DNA of 64,000 nucleotides from positions 310,001 to 374,000 of the forward strand of contig NIVC01001187.1 of assembly GCA_002269645.1 (NCBI GenBank). The letters are read 5' to 3'. Origin of the DNA: Macrostomum lignano (lineage: Eukaryota). Below are positions 61,301 through 64,000 of this stretch, in pieces (within the stretch, counting starts at the first letter, position 1; each line of letters starts with the position of its first letter). The notes below the pieces were generated by a model. It was not told where the DNA came from. It saw nothing but the letters and a program-made list of their open reading frames with translations, and made no database searches. The position numbers and the translations under genes are program-made.

Positions 61301-63958
61301 GGAATTGCTCAAATCTCTGTGTTCAAATGGGGGAATTGCTCAAATCTCTGTTTAAATGGGGGAATTGCTCAAATCTCTGTTTAAATGGGGGAATTGCTCA
61401 AATCTCTGTTCAAATGGAAGAATTGCTCAAATCTCTGTTTAAATGGGGGAATTGCTCAAATCTCTGTGTTCAAACGAGGGGAATTGCTCAAATCTCCCGT
61501 GTTCAAACGAGGGGAATTGCTCAAATCTCCCGTGTTCAAACGAGGGGAATTGCTCAAATCTCCGTGTTCAAACGAGGGGAATTGCTCAAATCTCCCGTGT
61601 TCAAACGAGGGGAATTGCTCAAATCTCCCGTGTTCAAACGAGGGGAATTGCTCAAATCTCCCGTGTTCAAACGAGGGGAATTGCTCAAATCTCCGTGTTC
61701 AAACGAGGGGAATTGCTCAAATCTCCCGTGTTCAAACGAGGGGAATTGCTCAAATCTCCCGTGTTCAAACGAGGGGAATTGCTCAAATCTCCGTGTTCAA
61801 ACGAGGGGAATTGCTCAAATCTCCCGTGTTCAAACGAGGGGAATTGCTCAAATCTCCCGTGTTCAAACGAGGGGAATTGCTTAAATCTCCGTGTTCAAAC
61901 GAGGGGAATTGCTCAAATCTCCGTGTTCAAACGAGGGGAATTGCTCAAATCTCCCGTGTTCAAACGAGGGGAATTGCTCAAATCTCCCGTGTTCAAACGA
62001 GGGGAATTGCTCAAATCTCTGTGTTCAAATGGGGGAACTGCTCAAATCTCTGTGTTCAAATGGGGGAATTGCTCAAATCTCTGTGTTCAAATGGGGGAAT
62101 TGCTCAAATCTCTGTTTAAATGGGGGAATTGCTCAAATCTCTGTTTAAATGGGGGAATTGCTCAAATCTCTGTGTTCAAATGGGGGAATTGCTCAAATCT
62201 CTGTGTTCAAATGGGGGAATTGCTCAAATCTCTGTGTTCAAATGGGGGAACTGCTCAAATCTCTGTGTTCAAATGGGGGAATTGCTCAAATCTCTGTGTT
62301 CAAATGGGTGAATTGCTCAAATCTCTGTGTTCAAATGGGGGAATTGCTCAAATCTCTGTTCAAATGGAAGAATTGCTCAAATCTCTGTTTAAATGGGGGA
62401 ATTGCTCAAATCTCTGTGTTCAAACGAGGGGAATTGCTCAAATCTCCCGTGTTCAAACGAGGGGAATTGCTCAAATCTCCCGTGTTCAAACGAGGGGAAT
62501 TGCTCAAATCTCCGTGTTCAAACGAGGGGAATTGCTCAAATCTCCCGTGTTCAAACGAGGGGAATTGCTCAAATCTCCCGTGTTCAAACGAGGGGAATTG
62601 CTCAAATCTCCCGTGTTCAAACGAGGGGAATTGCTCAAATCTCCGTGTTCAAACGAGGGGAATTGCTCAAATCTCCCGTGTTCAAACGAGGGGAATTGCT
62701 CAAATCTCCCGTGTTCAAACGAGGGGAATTGCTCAAATCTCCGTGTTCAAACGAGGGGAATTGCTCAAATCTCCCGTGTTCAAACGAGGGGAATTGCTCA
62801 AATCTCCCGTGTTCAAACGAGGGGAATCGCTCATATCTCCGTGTTCAAACGAGGGGAATTGCTCAAATCTCCGTGTTCAAACGAGGGGAATTGCTCAAAT
62901 CTCCCGTGTTCAAACGAGGGGAATCGCTCAAATCTCCCGTGTTCAAACGAGGGGAATTGCTCAGATAGTCAAGTGAAGAACAGGTGAGAGAATCGCTGAG
63001 CTAACGAGCCGCTAACACATCCAACTTGCGCAAAGCAATCGTCGTCCCCCCCATCTCCCAGGACCGCTTCAACGTGTTCGCCCGGCTCCGCCTCGTCCAC
63101 GCCTACTCCAGCGGCCATTCGCGCCGTCAGCTGCTCCGCGTCCACCTGCTGGCCATTGCCGCCTTCGCCTACCTCAGCCTGGTGAAAACTCTGCCAGCCT
63201 GCGATGTGGAAGGCCTTCTAAGCCTGCCGGACACCTCGGACGATTACATGAACCTGCACGCGGCCGTGCTGAAGACCGTGACCTCGCTCATTCAGATTGG
63301 CCAGACTCAGCTGGTTGAGACCCTCGGCCTGCGCTACCATCACGGCCTGCTGCCCAGCCTGCTTCGCCGTGCCGTCAGCAGCATCGTTAGCAGCGGCGGC
63401 GCCGCCTCAGGCGAGTCACCGCTCACCCCGGCCAGGCTCAAGCAGGCCACCGCTATACTCAGCACGCTGTACCACATCACATCGTCTCATGATAGAATGT
63501 CGCCTTCGCCCAGCCTGCTGGATCCGCTACTGCAGCTGGTGCAGTGGCAGGCCGCTCCGGACAACTGGCTGGGCCTGTGCATCCGGTCTGTCCGGGTGCT
63601 GGACTGCCTGTGCAACTTGGCGGCCAGCCAGGCCCGCCTGCCCGGAGTCCTGTTCTCCGCCCTGCTCGGCCGGCTGCAGGCCGAACTGCAGCTGCAGCAG
63701 CAACAGCCGGCCAACTGCCTGCAGAAGCTGGGCCTATTGAAACGCCTGCTTCATCTGCTCAAACGGCTGGTTACTGAGCCGGACTTTGCCGATTCTGTTC
63801 GACGCACCGTGGACTCCGGACAGCTGCTCCGGCTGGTCCGCTGCCTGCTGGACTGCGCGCCAGCCCTGCGCTTTGCCGGCGCCGACCTGCTCGCCGCCTA
63901 CATTCAGCACGAGCCTTCGTCACTGTCCGCCATGCAGGAGAGCGGCATCACTGATCAG
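58323..63958 (+). CDS. HUWE1: HECT E3 ligase HUWE1, 5' part: exons 58323-58793, 59610-59972, 63062-63958; continues past the window
   Basis: MKIDRSRL..ADCKALVD..WVWGKCELGLWADVLDRFD matches human MKVDRTKL..ADCRALID..WNIGKCELYHWVDLLDRFD. Later exons have YHHGLLPSLLR and HEPSSLSAMQESGITD, matching the N-terminal armadillo-like region. All junctions are GT-AG, phase 0, with no frameshifts. Confidence 0.96.
58820..59493. repeat. 31-33-bp minisatellite (TGTTTGTGGCGCCAACTGCTGATGGTCAGGC), about 21 copies, in HUWE1 intron 1
   Basis: Tandem units visible directly. Confidence 0.95.
60003..62964. repeat. 29-32-bp minisatellite (GGAAATTGCTCAAATCTCTGTGTTCAAATGGT and variants), about 95 copies, in HUWE1 intron 2
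   Basis: Tandem units visible directly; the overlapping ORFs at 59980-62987 are repeat translations. Confidence 0.97.
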
Positions 63959-64000
63959 GTGAGAACTTCGGCAGATTTTGTTGGGTTGGAAATTTTCATA

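Noticed and set aside
59980-62987. Numerous Cys-rich ORFs
   Set aside because: They lie within HUWE1 intron 2, whose flanking exons join in phase 0; they are repeat translations.

Overview
Eukaryotic (animal) genomic DNA with GC-rich exons, GT-AG introns and a different minisatellite in nearly every long intron. The style resembles a Macrostomum-type flatworm; that is an inference from style only. Minus strand, 6.6 kb to 1.8 kb: three tightly packed genes, NDUFAF8-like, TTC36 and the first exon of OPA1. Each begins just after a splice acceptor, consistent with a trans-spliced operon. Plus strand, 14.3-35.2 kb: a large RNF213-like AAA+/RING/RZ E3 ligase gene with a coding 45-bp repeat. Next come a Tc1 transposon, an orphan two-TM gene, ACOT9 (minus) and the first three exons of HUWE1 (plus). 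The most unusual object is a 6.35-kb hAT transposon at 51502-57851, with perfect 14-bp TIRs and an 8-bp TSD. Its gene starts with a signal peptide and a lamin-tail-domain-like (LTD-like) extracellular module, which splices in frame to a hAT transposase; a single TGA separates the two. One end of this element is a complete MITE-like module whose free-standing relative sits at 7925-8190. Nearly all frameshifts found in the window are single-base deletions, mostly in short base runs, pointing to long-read consensus errors rather than real pseudogenes. Exon boundaries, counts and similarities were worked out by eye, with no database searches.
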